Shown one piece after another: positions 1 through 9,663 of a stretch of DNA of 64,000 nt. Position 1 is the stretch's first letter. Each line of letters starts with the position of its first letter. Position numbers and translations under genes: made by a program. The DNA comes from an uncultured Gemmatimonadota bacterium. Its GTDB lineage: Bacteria > Blakebacterota > Blakebacteria > Blakebacterales > Blakebacteraceae. The DNA is taken from assembly GCA_964576115.1 (NCBI GenBank), contig CAZNUA010000006.1:62001-126000 (forward strand), in the 5' to 3' direction. Under the pieces are notes generated by a model that had not been told where the DNA came from, ran no database searches, and worked only from the letters and a program-made list of their open reading frames with translations.

Positions 1-90
1 CCGCGCCCGCGGTTCCTACCTGATCAGGGAGAGCTGAAACCCGGTCTTCCATGCTGTTGTTCGCAGAGAACGAACGAGCTGGGTATCGTA

Positions 91-1623
91 TCATTCCGGG
101 AACCGGAATCCGGCCACCGCCGGTTCGATACGATACAGGACGACATTGATGTCCCATGTTTCTGTGTCTTCCTGCAGGGCGATGAAGTGCCCCCGGGAAA
201 AGGAACCAGGAGCCGGCACCTTCGTGATACCCAGATATTCTCCCTCGGGGCTGAATACCCGGAACAGCCCTTTGTTGGCTCCGGATCTATCCGGATCAAA
301 GAAGTTGAAAGTATCATATGGTAACGAAGCCCAGAGATACCCGTTCTCATCAACCATCAGTTCATCCCAGAAGGCTTTCGGATCACAGAACACATCGTGA
401 TCGAGCGCCACCCTGGCCCTGGCCCTCCACCTCTCGGAAGGGGCCTCGTCCGCCATCAACCGAAGAGCAGCCCTGACGGTCCGGCGCTCCTGACGGCTGA
501 CCGGCTCCGGTGGAATTCCGGCTTCGATGATCTGGACGATGCGACCCGAATAGTCACGAACGGTGATGGTCGATTCGATCCCGGTCGTCGTATAGATCCC
601 CCGTTCGGGATGGATTGCGACGCTCGGTGAACCATTGAACACACGCCAGATGATGTACCCGCGTTCGGAAACATACGGCCCCTGTACGGGTCCGATCTCG
701 ACGGTGTTCAGGGTATCCAGTTCGTCGCCGATGATGGTCACCAGCAGCGATTCGTCCCTGTGATTCTCGACAGTCCGCAAGGTCGGAAAAGGGATGAGCA
801 GGAATCCCCCGTCAGGTCTGGGCCAGGCGTACTGGAATCGTCGCGCGGCATGGAGAGTGATCGTTTCGATCAGGCTGCCGTCNNNNNNNNNNNNNNNNNN
901 NNNNNNNNNNNNNNNNNNNNNNNNNNNNNNNNNNNNNNNNNNNNNNNNNNNNNNNNNNNNNNNNNNNNNNNNNNNNNNNNNNCCGAACTGTTCGGAGCGG
1001 AAGGGGTTGATTCGGCCCCGCCCGAACCAGGGCATGTCGAGCTCGAGATCGCGTATCTGCTCGCCGGAAGGCGAGAAGACAAGCATCCGGGGCTGGTACC
1101 CGTAGATGAAGGCGAAATTCCCGTCGGGCCGGCGGTACAGGCCACCGCCGTTCATGGTGATCTGCAGCATGCGGGGTCGGCCGTATCTTTCCATAGGATC
1201 GAATTCCCCGAAGATCCCAAGCACCTCACCGCGGGCGTTGAAATGGGCGAAGAGCCCCTCTCCGAAGTGAGACATCGGGACGTCATTGGTCCAGAACGTG
1301 CCGTCTTCTTCCCAGAGCGGATGGATGCTCCAGACGAAGACAGCCATGGTTCGCTGGTCAACGTATTCGAGCCCCGGCAGGGTGTAACGTATGTATCGCG
1401 GACCGTTCTGTACGATCAGATAACGGTCGGCATACGGCTCGATCAGGACCGCATGTCCGAAATACATCTCCTCTCCCTCGGGGGTGACGAAACGGTACGG
1501 GCGGTACTCACCTTCGCACTCTGTCTGAGCCGTGACGATAACAGGAGCGCAGAACAGAAGGAGCAGCGGGAAGATCAGTGACAGGATCCCGGAAAACCGG
1601 CAACGCAACCTCGTTGATTCCAT
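91..1623 (-). CDS. Secreted 6-bladed beta-propeller-like protein (spans assembly gap; could be two paralogous genes)
   Basis: ATG at 1623 followed by a signal peptide (..LLLLFCAPVIVTAQ). Repeated propeller-like motifs: 'VFSPSGEQIR', 'VRDYSGRIVQ', 'VDENGYLW', 'VFSPEGEYLG'. The frame across the 100-N gap is unverified. Confidence 0.55.
   Translation of the reverse strand: MESTRLRCRFSGILSLIFPLLLLFCAPVIVTAQTECEGEYRPYRFVTPEGEEMYFGHAVLIEPYADRYLIVQNGPRYIRYTLPGLEYVDQRTMAVFVWSIHPLWEEDGTFWTNDVPMSHFGEGLFAHFNARGEVLGIFGEFDPMERYGRPRMLQITMNGGGLYRRPDGNFAFIYGYQPRMLVFSPSGEQIRDLELDMPWFGRGRINPFRSEQFXXXXXXXXXXXXXXXXXXXXXXXXXXXXXXXXXXDGSLIETITLHAARRFQYAWPRPDGGFLLIPFPTLRTVENHRDESLLVTIIGDELDTLNTVEIGPVQGPYVSERGYIIWRVFNGSPSVAIHPERGIYTTTGIESTITVRDYSGRIVQIIEAGIPPEPVSRQERRTVRAALRLMADEAPSERWRARARVALDHDVFCDPKAFWDELMVDENGYLWASLPYDTFNFFDPDRSGANKGLFRVFSPEGEYLGITKVPAPGSFSRGHFIALQEDTETWDINVVLYRIEPAVAGFRFPE
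883..982. other. Assembly gap (100 N)
   Basis: Run of 100 N, probably a placeholder of unknown true length. Confidence 0.99.
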
Positions 1624-1705
1624 ATCCGAACTCCCGCGCTGGCGATAAGCGGAGCAACGGTCTGTTGTTCTCCGGACGAACCGGCCGGCGGGATGTTCAG
1701 ACCGA

Positions 1706-2947
1706 TTACCGTCCCGGCCGGACCGGCTGGATCCAGGCGCGTTCCACTTCTCCGGGGGTGTTGGGTAACGGATGCGGTTTCGAAGACAGGATTGTGGCCC
1801 GCACGTAGAGTTCATCGCCCGAGAACCGGTAGACGGCCGGATTGGCCGAGGTTTCGAGCAATACGACCGGTTCGGGCAGGCCGTCTTCGGCCGGCCGGGC
1901 GCCGATGAAGCGCACCGTATACGCGATCCCGGCCTCTTCGGCAACCCGGAGGGTCACTTTCCGGCCGGTCACCTGCAGATCCTCGAGCAGGACTCCCGTT
2001 GAGGCGTAGAAATCGCCTCTTTCGTAGCTCTCGCGCAGCGCGCCGGGGGTAAGTTCGGCGGCCCGGACCATGACCCAGGCCCGTCCCGGCACGGCCCGGT
2101 TCGGATCGTCGGTATAGTAGTTATGGGTATCGTCTGTACCCAGGCCGTACAGCAGGGACACCGGCTCGCCTGGTGCGGCTTCCGCAGTCTGCCGGATCAG
2201 GACCCGATCCCACATCTCCTCACAACTGATGTGCTCGGCGTCGCCGTCGGAATTGACGCTGGAGTGGCCATTATAGAGCTCGAAATAGCGGCAACCTGAC
2301 TCGAGGAGTGCGGGCCAGGAGAAGGCCCAGCTGAAATTGGGATGGTTGACGTGGACCAGTGGTTCGGCGCCGTCAACCGGTTCGAGAGCGTTGCCGGCCG
2401 CGAGGTTGGCCTGCAACGCGGCGACGATCGTCTCGCCATGCTGGGGCGCCACGAGTTCCGCGGCCGGGAAGACATTCAGGTGAACCGGCTCGCCCTCGGC
2501 CGAATCGGTGATCTCCTCGCCTTCGATCAGGAGAAACTCACCCGGCCGCGAGAACCGCCGGCGCAGTTCGGCGAAGGTCTTGAGCCGCATCATCGGCCGG
2601 CCGTTGCGGACTTCTTCTTCGACCCAATCGGTACCGTACAGGCGTCTGAGTTCATCGACCCGGGCGCGGGTCAGACGACCCGTTTCTTCTGTGATCGGGA
2701 ACCACTTCTCGCCCCGCAGGAGGATGTTGTGGTCGGAGATGGAGAGAAAATCGTATCCGTCTGTGAGGTAGAAATCGACCACTACCTCGGGGGCGGCATC
2801 CCCGTCGCTCCAGAGAGTATGACAGTGCGTATTGCCTTTGTACCACTGCCCCTGCGGGGAGCGGCTGCAGCCGGGCATGAGAAGAGAACCGGTTGCAAGT
2901 AGAACTAATACTAATGAATGTATCTTCTTATTCGGCAACGGGTTCAT
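1706..2947 (-). CDS. PHP-domain metallohydrolase (histidinol-phosphatase-like / CehA-McbA-like), predicted lipoprotein
   Basis: PHP motifs 'KGNTHCHTLWSDG', 'ISDHN', 'GEEIT', 'NHP', 'ELYNG', 'TDDTH'. Hydrophobic signal ending LMPGC. Alternative start at 2956. Confidence 0.75.
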   Translation of the reverse strand: MNPLPNKKIHSLVLVLLATGSLLMPGCSRSPQGQWYKGNTHCHTLWSDGDAAPEVVVDFYLTDGYDFLSISDHNILLRGEKWFPITEETGRLTRARVDELRRLYGTDWVEEEVRNGRPMMRLKTFAELRRRFSRPGEFLLIEGEEITDSAEGEPVHLNVFPAAELVAPQHGETIVAALQANLAAGNALEPVDGAEPLVHVNHPNFSWAFSWPALLESGCRYFELYNGHSSVNSDGDAEHISCEEMWDRVLIRQTAEAAPGEPVSLLYGLGTDDTHNYYTDDPNRAVPGRAWVMVRAAELTPGALRESYERGDFYASTGVLLEDLQVTGRKVTLRVAEEAGIAYTVRFIGARPAEDGLPEPVVLLETSANPAVYRFSGDELYVRATILSSKPHPLPNTPGEVERAWIQPVRPGR

Positions 2948-4226
2948 CCTCTCCATCGAAGCTCAGGATCTCGCCCTCGACGATGACCACCAGGGCCAGG
3001 GGATGACCTGCCGCGTAGGGGATCAGGCGGTAGTCGTCGGCGTCCCAGACGACCAGATCGGCCCGCATGCCGACTTCGATCCGGCCGATCTCGTGCTCCA
3101 GACCCAGGGCCTGGGCCGCCCGGGTGGTGACCCCCTGCCAGGCTTCGGCCGGGTGCATCTTCATCTGACTGCAGGCGATTGTCATCATCAGGGGCAGACT
3201 TAGGAAGGTGCTCGATCCGGGATTGAAATCGGTCGCCAGAGCCACCGCGGCTCCCGAGTCGAGCAGTGCCCGGGCGGGGGCATAGTCGGTCTTGCCCAGA
3301 AAGAGTGTGGTGCCGGGAAGTAGGACGGCCACGGTGTCCGAGCCCGCCAGGGCGGCGATCCCCCCCTCGGTCACCGCCGTCAGATGTTCGGCACTCACGG
3401 CTCCGATCCGTACCGCCATTTCGGTCCCGCCGATGGCATCGAACTCATCGCTGTGGATCTTGGCTCCCAGGCTGTGAGTCTTGGCCGCAGTCAGAATGCG
3501 TTCCGATTCCTCGGCGGTGAAAACCCCCGTTTCGCAGAACACGTCACAGAACGAGGCGATACCCTGGTCCTCGACAGCCGGCAGCATCTCCTCGATCACG
3601 AGCCGTACATACCCCTCGCGATCCTCCCGGTACTCGTCGGGGATCTCGTGAGCACCCAGGAAGGTCGGCACGATCCCGACCGGCAGTTCGTCATCGAGCC
3701 GGGCGATCACCCGCAGGGCCTTCAGCTCGTCTTCGAGGCTGAGGCCGTAACCGCTCTTGATCTCCACCGCCGTGGTGCCGGTCATAGCCATGGCCAGCAG
3801 GCGTGGTACGGCCTGGTAGTAGAGTGTCTCCTCATCGGCGGCGCGGAAGGTGCGGACAGAGGAGCGGATACCGCCCCCGGCGGCGGCGATGACCTGGTAA
3901 TCGGCTCCCATGCAGCGCAGGGCGTATTCCTCGTGCCGGGGGGCGTCGAAAACCAGGTGGGTATGGGGATCGATGAGCCCGGGAGTCAGCAGACGTCCAT
4001 CCAGGTCGGCCACGGTTGCCTCGGACAGATCGACCGCCGTTTCAAGCTCGGACTCGGGGCCGACATAGACGATCCGTCCCTCGGCGCACGCCACCGCAGC
4101 CCCCGAGAGCAGTTCGGGGCGCACGGTGCTGCCCGCCAGGCTCGGATCGTCGGGTCCGGCGTCGCCGGCGGGACGGGCGGTGTAGATCTCACCGGCTCCG
4201 GTCAGAACCAGGTCGGCTTTCTGCAT
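2928..4226 (-). CDS. hutI: Imidazolonepropionase
   Basis: 'PGLIDPHTHLVF', 'EIKSGYGL', 'TFLGAH', 'DVFCE', 'ALATDFNPG'; adjacent to hutU. Confidence 0.96.
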   Translation of the reverse strand: MQKADLVLTGAGEIYTARPAGDAGPDDPSLAGSTVRPELLSGAAVACAEGRIVYVGPESELETAVDLSEATVADLDGRLLTPGLIDPHTHLVFDAPRHEEYALRCMGADYQVIAAAGGGIRSSVRTFRAADEETLYYQAVPRLLAMAMTGTTAVEIKSGYGLSLEDELKALRVIARLDDELPVGIVPTFLGAHEIPDEYREDREGYVRLVIEEMLPAVEDQGIASFCDVFCETGVFTAEESERILTAAKTHSLGAKIHSDEFDAIGGTEMAVRIGAVSAEHLTAVTEGGIAALAGSDTVAVLLPGTTLFLGKTDYAPARALLDSGAAVALATDFNPGSSTFLSLPLMMTIACSQMKMHPAEAWQGVTTRAAQALGLEHEIGRIEVGMRADLVVWDADDYRLIPYAAGHPLALVVIVEGEILSFDGEDEPVAE

Positions 4227-4276
4227 CTGTCTTTCCTCCCCCGCTCAGACAGGCGGGATCGTATGAGGCGCAGGTA

Positions 4277-5932
4277 CTATTCCGGCAGAATGACCTTTAC
4301 GCCCTTGGCCCGGGCGGTCTCGACGGCTTCGTCATACCCGGCATGGGCATGCCGGACGATACCAGAACCGGGGTCGTTGGTCAGCACCCGTTCCAGCCGC
4401 CGGGCGGCCTCGGGTGTACCATCGGCCACGATGACCTGCCCGGCATGGGTCGAGAGGCCGATGCCGACCCCGCCGCCGTTGTGGATACTGACCCAGGTGG
4501 CCCCCGAAGCGGTGTTGAGCAGGGCGTTGAGCAGGGGCCAGTCGGCGATGGCGTCCGAGCCGTCGATCATGCTCTCGGTTTCCCGGTAGGGACTGGCCAC
4601 CGAGCCTGTATCGAGATGGTCGCGGCCGATCACGATCGGAGCCTGCAGCTCGCCCGAGGCCACCAGATCGTTCAGCGCCAGACCGAACGTGGTCCGCGCC
4701 CCCTGCCCCAGCCAGCAGATGCGCGAGGGCAGGCCTTGCTGGGGCACCCGGTCGCGAGCCAGGGTGATCCAGCGGCTCAGGATGTTGTCTTCGGGGAAGA
4801 GCTCGAGAACCAGGTCGTCGGTACGCAGAATATCGTCCCGCTCGCCCGAGAGGGCGGCCCACCGGAAGGGCCCGCGACCGGCGCAGAACATCGGCCGGAT
4901 GTAGGCGGGAACGAAGCCGGGGTAATCGAAGGCATTGTCGACCCCGGCCGTCTGCGCCTGACCGCGCAGGTTGTTGCCGTAATCGAAGGTCACCGCCCCC
5001 CGTTGCTGCAGGGTCAGCATCCCCCGCACGTGCCGGGCCATGCTCTCCATGGCGCGACGGCGGTACTCCTCGGGATCGGCATCGCGCAGCTTCAGGGCGT
5101 CATCGTAGTCCATGTCGGCCGGCACGTAGCCGTTCAATTCGTCGTGGGCCGAAGTCTGATCGGTCAGCACGTCGGGTGTGATTTCGCGTTCCACGAGGCG
5201 TTCGATGAGATCGACCGCGTTGCCGAGCCAGCCGACACTGACCGCTTCACCGGTCTCCCGGGCCGCCAGGGCCCGGTCAATGGCCGGATCGAGCTCGGTG
5301 ATCATCTCGTCCAGATAGCCGTGATCGAGACGGCGTTCGATGCGGGCCCGATCGACTTCGGCAAAGAGCGAAGCCGCCGCGCAGAACACCGCCGCCAGCG
5401 GCTGGGCGCCGCCCATGCCGCCCAGTCCGGCCGAAACGAGCAGACGTCCGGCCAGATCGCCGCCGAAGTGCTTTTCGGCTGCGGACGCAAAGGTCTCGTA
5501 CGTGCCCTGTACGATCCCCTGGGTACCGATGTAGATCCACGATCCGGCCGTCATCTGACCGTACATGGTCAGGCCCAGGCGCTCGTACTCCCGGAAGTGT
5601 TCCCAGTCCGACCAGCGGGGCACGATGTTGGAGTTGGCGATCAGGACCCGGGGCGCGTCGGGGTGGGTGGTGAAAACCCCCACCGCCCGGCCCGACTGCA
5701 CCAGCAGGGTCTCGTCTTCGCCCAGTTGGCGCAGGGCGTCGACGATGCGGTGGACATCGTCCCAGCTGCGAGCCGCCCGACCCGAACCGCCATAGATAAC
5801 GAGTTCTTCGGGACATTCAGCGACTTCGGGATCGAGGTTGTTCATGAGCATACGCAGGGCTGCTTCGGCTCCCCAGGTACGGCAGGTCAGCTCGCTGCCG
5901 CGAGGGGCGCGTACAGGTATGTAGTCAGCCAT
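4277..5932 (-). CDS. hutU: Urocanate hydratase
   Basis: '[12 protein letters not shown]', '[17 protein letters not shown]', '[18 protein letters not shown]'; about 551 aa from ATG 5932 with GGAG SD. Confidence 0.98.
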   Translation of the reverse strand: MADYIPVRAPRGSELTCRTWGAEAALRMLMNNLDPEVAECPEELVIYGGSGRAARSWDDVHRIVDALRQLGEDETLLVQSGRAVGVFTTHPDAPRVLIANSNIVPRWSDWEHFREYERLGLTMYGQMTAGSWIYIGTQGIVQGTYETFASAAEKHFGGDLAGRLLVSAGLGGMGGAQPLAAVFCAAASLFAEVDRARIERRLDHGYLDEMITELDPAIDRALAARETGEAVSVGWLGNAVDLIERLVEREITPDVLTDQTSAHDELNGYVPADMDYDDALKLRDADPEEYRRRAMESMARHVRGMLTLQQRGAVTFDYGNNLRGQAQTAGVDNAFDYPGFVPAYIRPMFCAGRGPFRWAALSGERDDILRTDDLVLELFPEDNILSRWITLARDRVPQQGLPSRICWLGQGARTTFGLALNDLVASGELQAPIVIGRDHLDTGSVASPYRETESMIDGSDAIADWPLLNALLNTASGATWVSIHNGGGVGIGLSTHAGQVIVADGTPEAARRLERVLTNDPGSGIVRHAHAGYDEAVETARAKGVKVILPE

Positions 5933-5981
5933 CGGGGTCTCTCCGCCAGAGGTGTCGGGTGGCAACTGTCGGCGGCACCGC

Positions 5982-6626
5982 TCAGAACGGAGCCGCGTAG
6001 ATCGCAAAGAGCCGGCTCAGATCGTCGAGCAGGGCCTGGGCCGTTATCCCGTGTTCGACGTCTGGTTCGATGACGTCGAGCTGATCGACACACTGGGTCC
6101 AGGAACCCCGGGCCCAGTAGGCCCGGGCCATGACCAGCCGCAGGTGCAGGTGGGTGATCTCGGGTCGTTTGGAGAACTCCCACTCGTAGTTCCCGTTTTT
6201 CCTGTTCTGCACATACAGGGCGGTCTCGCCCCAGAATACGGTCTCGTCGTCGTCGTTCAGGGCGGCGAAGACAAAGGTTCCCCCCGCCCAGATGTCGGGA
6301 TCGGAAGAGTCGAATTCCTTGGCTGTTCCGAAAGCCAGTCGGGCCTCGCCGAATTCCCCGAGATAGGCTAGGCACCAGCCCCGGCCGTGCAGGGCCGGCG
6401 GGTAATCGAGCAGTTCGACGAGGGCCTCGTCGAATTTGTCGAGGGCTTCGGTGTACTGCTCGCTTCCGAAGAGCTTCCACCCGTCGTTGACGAGTTGATC
6501 GACTCGTTCGACGGTCGTAGTTTCCTTGCTGCAGCCGCCGAGGGCCGTCAGCGCGAGCAGAAGCAGGGCTGTGAGGATACGCTGCGGACCGGTCCGGATT
6601 CTCATCATACCATCCTTGTCGTTCAT
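5982..6626 (-). CDS. TPR-repeat lipoprotein
   Basis: Lipobox LGGC; TPR-like helices '[21 protein letters not shown]' and '[25 protein letters not shown]'. Confidence 0.75.
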   Translation of the reverse strand: MNDKDGMMRIRTGPQRILTALLLLALTALGGCSKETTTVERVDQLVNDGWKLFGSEQYTEALDKFDEALVELLDYPPALHGRGWCLAYLGEFGEARLAFGTAKEFDSSDPDIWAGGTFVFAALNDDDETVFWGETALYVQNRKNGNYEWEFSKRPEITHLHLRLVMARAYWARGSWTQCVDQLDVIEPDVEHGITAQALLDDLSRLFAIYAAPF

Positions 6627-6636
6627 GATCGTACCC

Positions 6637-9600
6637 TCACCGCAACAGAAGCATCTTGCGCACCAGGACCGTCTTGCCGACCTCGAGGCGGTAGAGGTAG
6701 ATCCCCGTGGCCACCTCCCGTCCGGCTGTGTCGGTTCCGTTCCAGGTCACGGTGTGCGTTCCGGCTCCCATGATACCGTCCACCAGCATCCGAACTGTCT
6801 GCCCCCGGACGTTCATGATCCTCAGACGGACCGGTTCGGAGGCCATGTCGACCGGTATGCTGAATCTGATCCGGGTCGAGGGATTGAAGGGGTTGGGAGC
6901 GTTGCCGAGCAGTTCGACTCCCCCCCGTTCGACCGTCAGCGGTGCCTGACCCGGGGCGAGCCGGTACCACCCTCCCCCCGGTACCGGTCCGGAGGCCGCA
7001 GAGCCGCTGAGCCGTACCCCGCCTGCGACCGGAGTCCACTCTCCGTTGACCCAGCGGTCGAAGTGGTACGCACGGTCCGGTTCCGATAACTGACGCAGCG
7101 GTAGTCTCAGGATCGCTCCGCGGGCCGGACCTTCCCAGCCGGCCGGACCGAGGGCCACGACCGGGGCCCCGAGGACGGAACCGCCTCCTGACGGAGCGCC
7201 CGGCAGACCGGCCGGAACCGTGCGATAGGGAGTCAACAGCAGGGTCGTGCCGTTATGCCCGCCGGTGGGGACATCGAGGGTAACGGGACCAAGATCGCAG
7301 AGAGCGCTCACGTACGCCGTTTGACCCGCTCCAAAAGAGGCTGAACCGATGTTCAAGCTCGCGGTATCGCTCAGGCCGCCGGCACCGTAACGGTCATACC
7401 CGACGGCATCGATCGTCAGCTGGGTCGCCCCCCCCAGCGAGCGGGCGGGGTCGACGATCCCGTACCCGCCCAGGGTGCTCTGCCAGAGTAAAGCGGTTGC
7501 CGATCCTCCGGAAGGTGTCAAAGTGCCCGTACTGCGCCCGTGATGCAGGGGCTCATCTCCGACCATCCAGACTTCGATCTGGTCGGGAAAGAGCGGATGT
7601 TGCAGCAATCCCAGTGCGATCTCGGGGGCGGTGACATCGTAATATGCGAACTCGGCCCGGAACATCCAGTCGCCCAGGTAGTGCTCGCCATTGCCGAATT
7701 CAATCCCGCCCAGTTCGGTCCAGATCTCGAGCCCCCCGCCCCTGACATAGCTGCGACGCAATTTCTGGTTCAGGTCGGAATACCCCAGGGCATGCGAACC
7801 CATCCTGATGCTCACCAGGTACTCCACTCCGGCCCCGGTCGAATCGAGAACGGTATCGATCGGATGATAGATCCAGCCTTCGTTCTGGAACTCGGGGATA
7901 ACCGTGGTGGTATAGACAGGATTCTCGTTGACCACATATACCCCATCGGAATCTGCGATTTCGACCATGGTGTGAACTTCGAGTTCGACGCTGTTACCGC
8001 CCATGAGAAAAACCCAGAATCCGGTCAGGCGGGCCGGCGTGACTTCGGGGGTGATCCGCAGACCGGCATGAACCGACGCGTTCCCGAAGGTTATCCGTAC
8101 AAGTGGGCGCCCGTTTTCGTACTTGACCAGACCTTCATCGAGCTGGGTTCCGGTCGCACTCACGCGGAAAGAACCGCTCGGCGCAACCGAGGCATTTGTC
8201 AGTACTACCGCCGCCTCGTCATAGGTGCTTCCCAATCCGGTGACCGCGGCTCCGGTCGGGCCCAGGTCGCTGACAGAATAGGTGCCGGAGCCGATCTTGA
8301 TCAGCCGGGCGGTCACACCGGTGGGCAGACCGTCGGGAAAGGAGAGGTCGAGGTCGGCCGCGTTCCAGTACCTGATCGCGGTCGCCCCGCGTGCTTCCAG
8401 GGCAATCGTTTCGGTTGCCGGCAGGAGGTTCTCGTGCCGTTCCGGCTCGAGCCAGGGCACGACCGGGGCGACATCAAAACGCGCGTCTCCGTCCTCGTCG
8501 CCGCCCAGATAGATCGCCGTGACGAAATCTCTGTAGGCGGTCGCGAAATCGGCCCCGCCGGCTCCTGACTCCGGATCGTCAAAAGCGGCCTCGATGCCGG
8601 CCACTCCTCCGAGCGGATTCTCCGCCAGGCACCGGATGAAGTCCTCCCCGAACCGCGTCCCGAGGTAGTAGCTCCAGAGCGAGACCCGGGCGTAATCGTC
8701 CAGAACGCTGTGGAACTGCCGCCAGGAGAGCAGATCCACGTTGGGGCGGGCCACATACCCGGCAAATCCGCGCAGACCGTACCCGCAGATAAAGGAGGCG
8801 TATTCGGAGAGTCCCTCGTTCACGGCCGTGACTTCATCGGGATCGTTGCCCCAGTGGATGAGGTGCTGAAACTCGTGGGCGATGGTCGATTCGACGAAAT
8901 CGTGGACGTCTTCAGTCTCCTCGGGATCGGAACTGTTGGCGTAGCCCACCATCCGGCTGTTCACATAGAGCATCTCGGTGTGGTTGGAGCGTTGTTTGAT
9001 GCCGCCGCCGAAATCGACCGGATCGGCGAACTGGTTCACGGGGTAAAAATACCCGGCGTAGAAAGCCGTGCCCGTCGTACCGCTCGCTTCGGTATCGATC
9101 TGGGTCATCAGCACCACGATCCGGGAGTCTCCGTCCACATCGGGTACCTCCCCGAAGACACCGGTCACATTCTGGTATATTCCGACCGATGAGTTGCGCG
9201 GGCTGTTGGGACACGCGACTTCGAAGGCTTCCAGAAAAGCGTCGACGTCATCGTCTGAGACCACGTCGAGTTCATCCTTCTCGACGAAGTAGTAGGCGTT
9301 CGTGCCTACCGCCCGGCATTCGGCCGTGATCTTCTCCTGCGTGTAGGGGAAGCTGGTTCCGGCGCTGAAATTCACCACCCAGAAATCCTTTGTATCTCCC
9401 ACGACATACGCCTCATTTTCACGCACCCGCACGGTGCCGGCCCCCTCTCCAGCCAGAGCCCGCGGTGCCAGTCGGGCATACACCTCGGCGAAAAGCGGGG
9501 TGGCGTCTATGAAGGGCGGCAGGTTCGTGACCGGCTTCTGCGTGCGTGGCAGGACAAGCCGTCCCGAGGGCACCGTCTCGATCTGCTGCTGGGCGGCAGC

Positions 9601-9663
9601 CGGGGTGGTAAGGACAACCCATGCGGCCAGCAGTATCACTGTTCTGCAGGTCGTTCTTTTCAC
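6637..9663 (-). CDS. Secreted zincin metallopeptidase (M30/hyicolysin-like) with C-terminal FlgD-Ig/T9SS type A-like sorting domain
   Basis: Signal peptide (AAA-Q); 'TIAHEFQHLIH...NEGLSE'; 'PDVDGDSRI', 'AGYFYPVN'; C-terminal 'NAPNPFNPST..WNGTDTAG..TGIYLYRLEV..RKMLLLR'. Confidence 0.8.
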   Translation of the reverse strand: MKRTTCRTVILLAAWVVLTTPAAAQQQIETVPSGRLVLPRTQKPVTNLPPFIDATPLFAEVYARLAPRALAGEGAGTVRVRENEAYVVGDTKDFWVVNFSAGTSFPYTQEKITAECRAVGTNAYYFVEKDELDVVSDDDVDAFLEAFEVACPNSPRNSSVGIYQNVTGVFGEVPDVDGDSRIVVLMTQIDTEASGTTGTAFYAGYFYPVNQFADPVDFGGGIKQRSNHTEMLYVNSRMVGYANSSDPEETEDVHDFVESTIAHEFQHLIHWGNDPDEVTAVNEGLSEYASFICGYGLRGFAGYVARPNVDLLSWRQFHSVLDDYARVSLWSYYLGTRFGEDFIRCLAENPLGGVAGIEAAFDDPESGAGGADFATAYRDFVTAIYLGGDEDGDARFDVAPVVPWLEPERHENLLPATETIALEARGATAIRYWNAADLDLSFPDGLPTGVTARLIKIGSGTYSVSDLGPTGAAVTGLGSTYDEAAVVLTNASVAPSGSFRVSATGTQLDEGLVKYENGRPLVRITFGNASVHAGLRITPEVTPARLTGFWVFLMGGNSVELEVHTMVEIADSDGVYVVNENPVYTTTVIPEFQNEGWIYHPIDTVLDSTGAGVEYLVSIRMGSHALGYSDLNQKLRRSYVRGGGLEIWTELGGIEFGNGEHYLGDWMFRAEFAYYDVTAPEIALGLLQHPLFPDQIEVWMVGDEPLHHGRSTGTLTPSGGSATALLWQSTLGGYGIVDPARSLGGATQLTIDAVGYDRYGAGGLSDTASLNIGSASFGAGQTAYVSALCDLGPVTLDVPTGGHNGTTLLLTPYRTVPAGLPGAPSGGGSVLGAPVVALGPAGWEGPARGAILRLPLRQLSEPDRAYHFDRWVNGEWTPVAGGVRLSGSAASGPVPGGGWYRLAPGQAPLTVERGGVELLGNAPNPFNPSTRIRFSIPVDMASEPVRLRIMNVRGQTVRMLVDGIMGAGTHTVTWNGTDTAGREVATGIYLYRLEVGKTVLVRKMLLLR

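Noticed and set aside
4016-6073. 685-aa plus-strand ORF
   Set aside because: Antisense shadow of hutU; expected from GC-rich codon bias and has no recognisable motifs.
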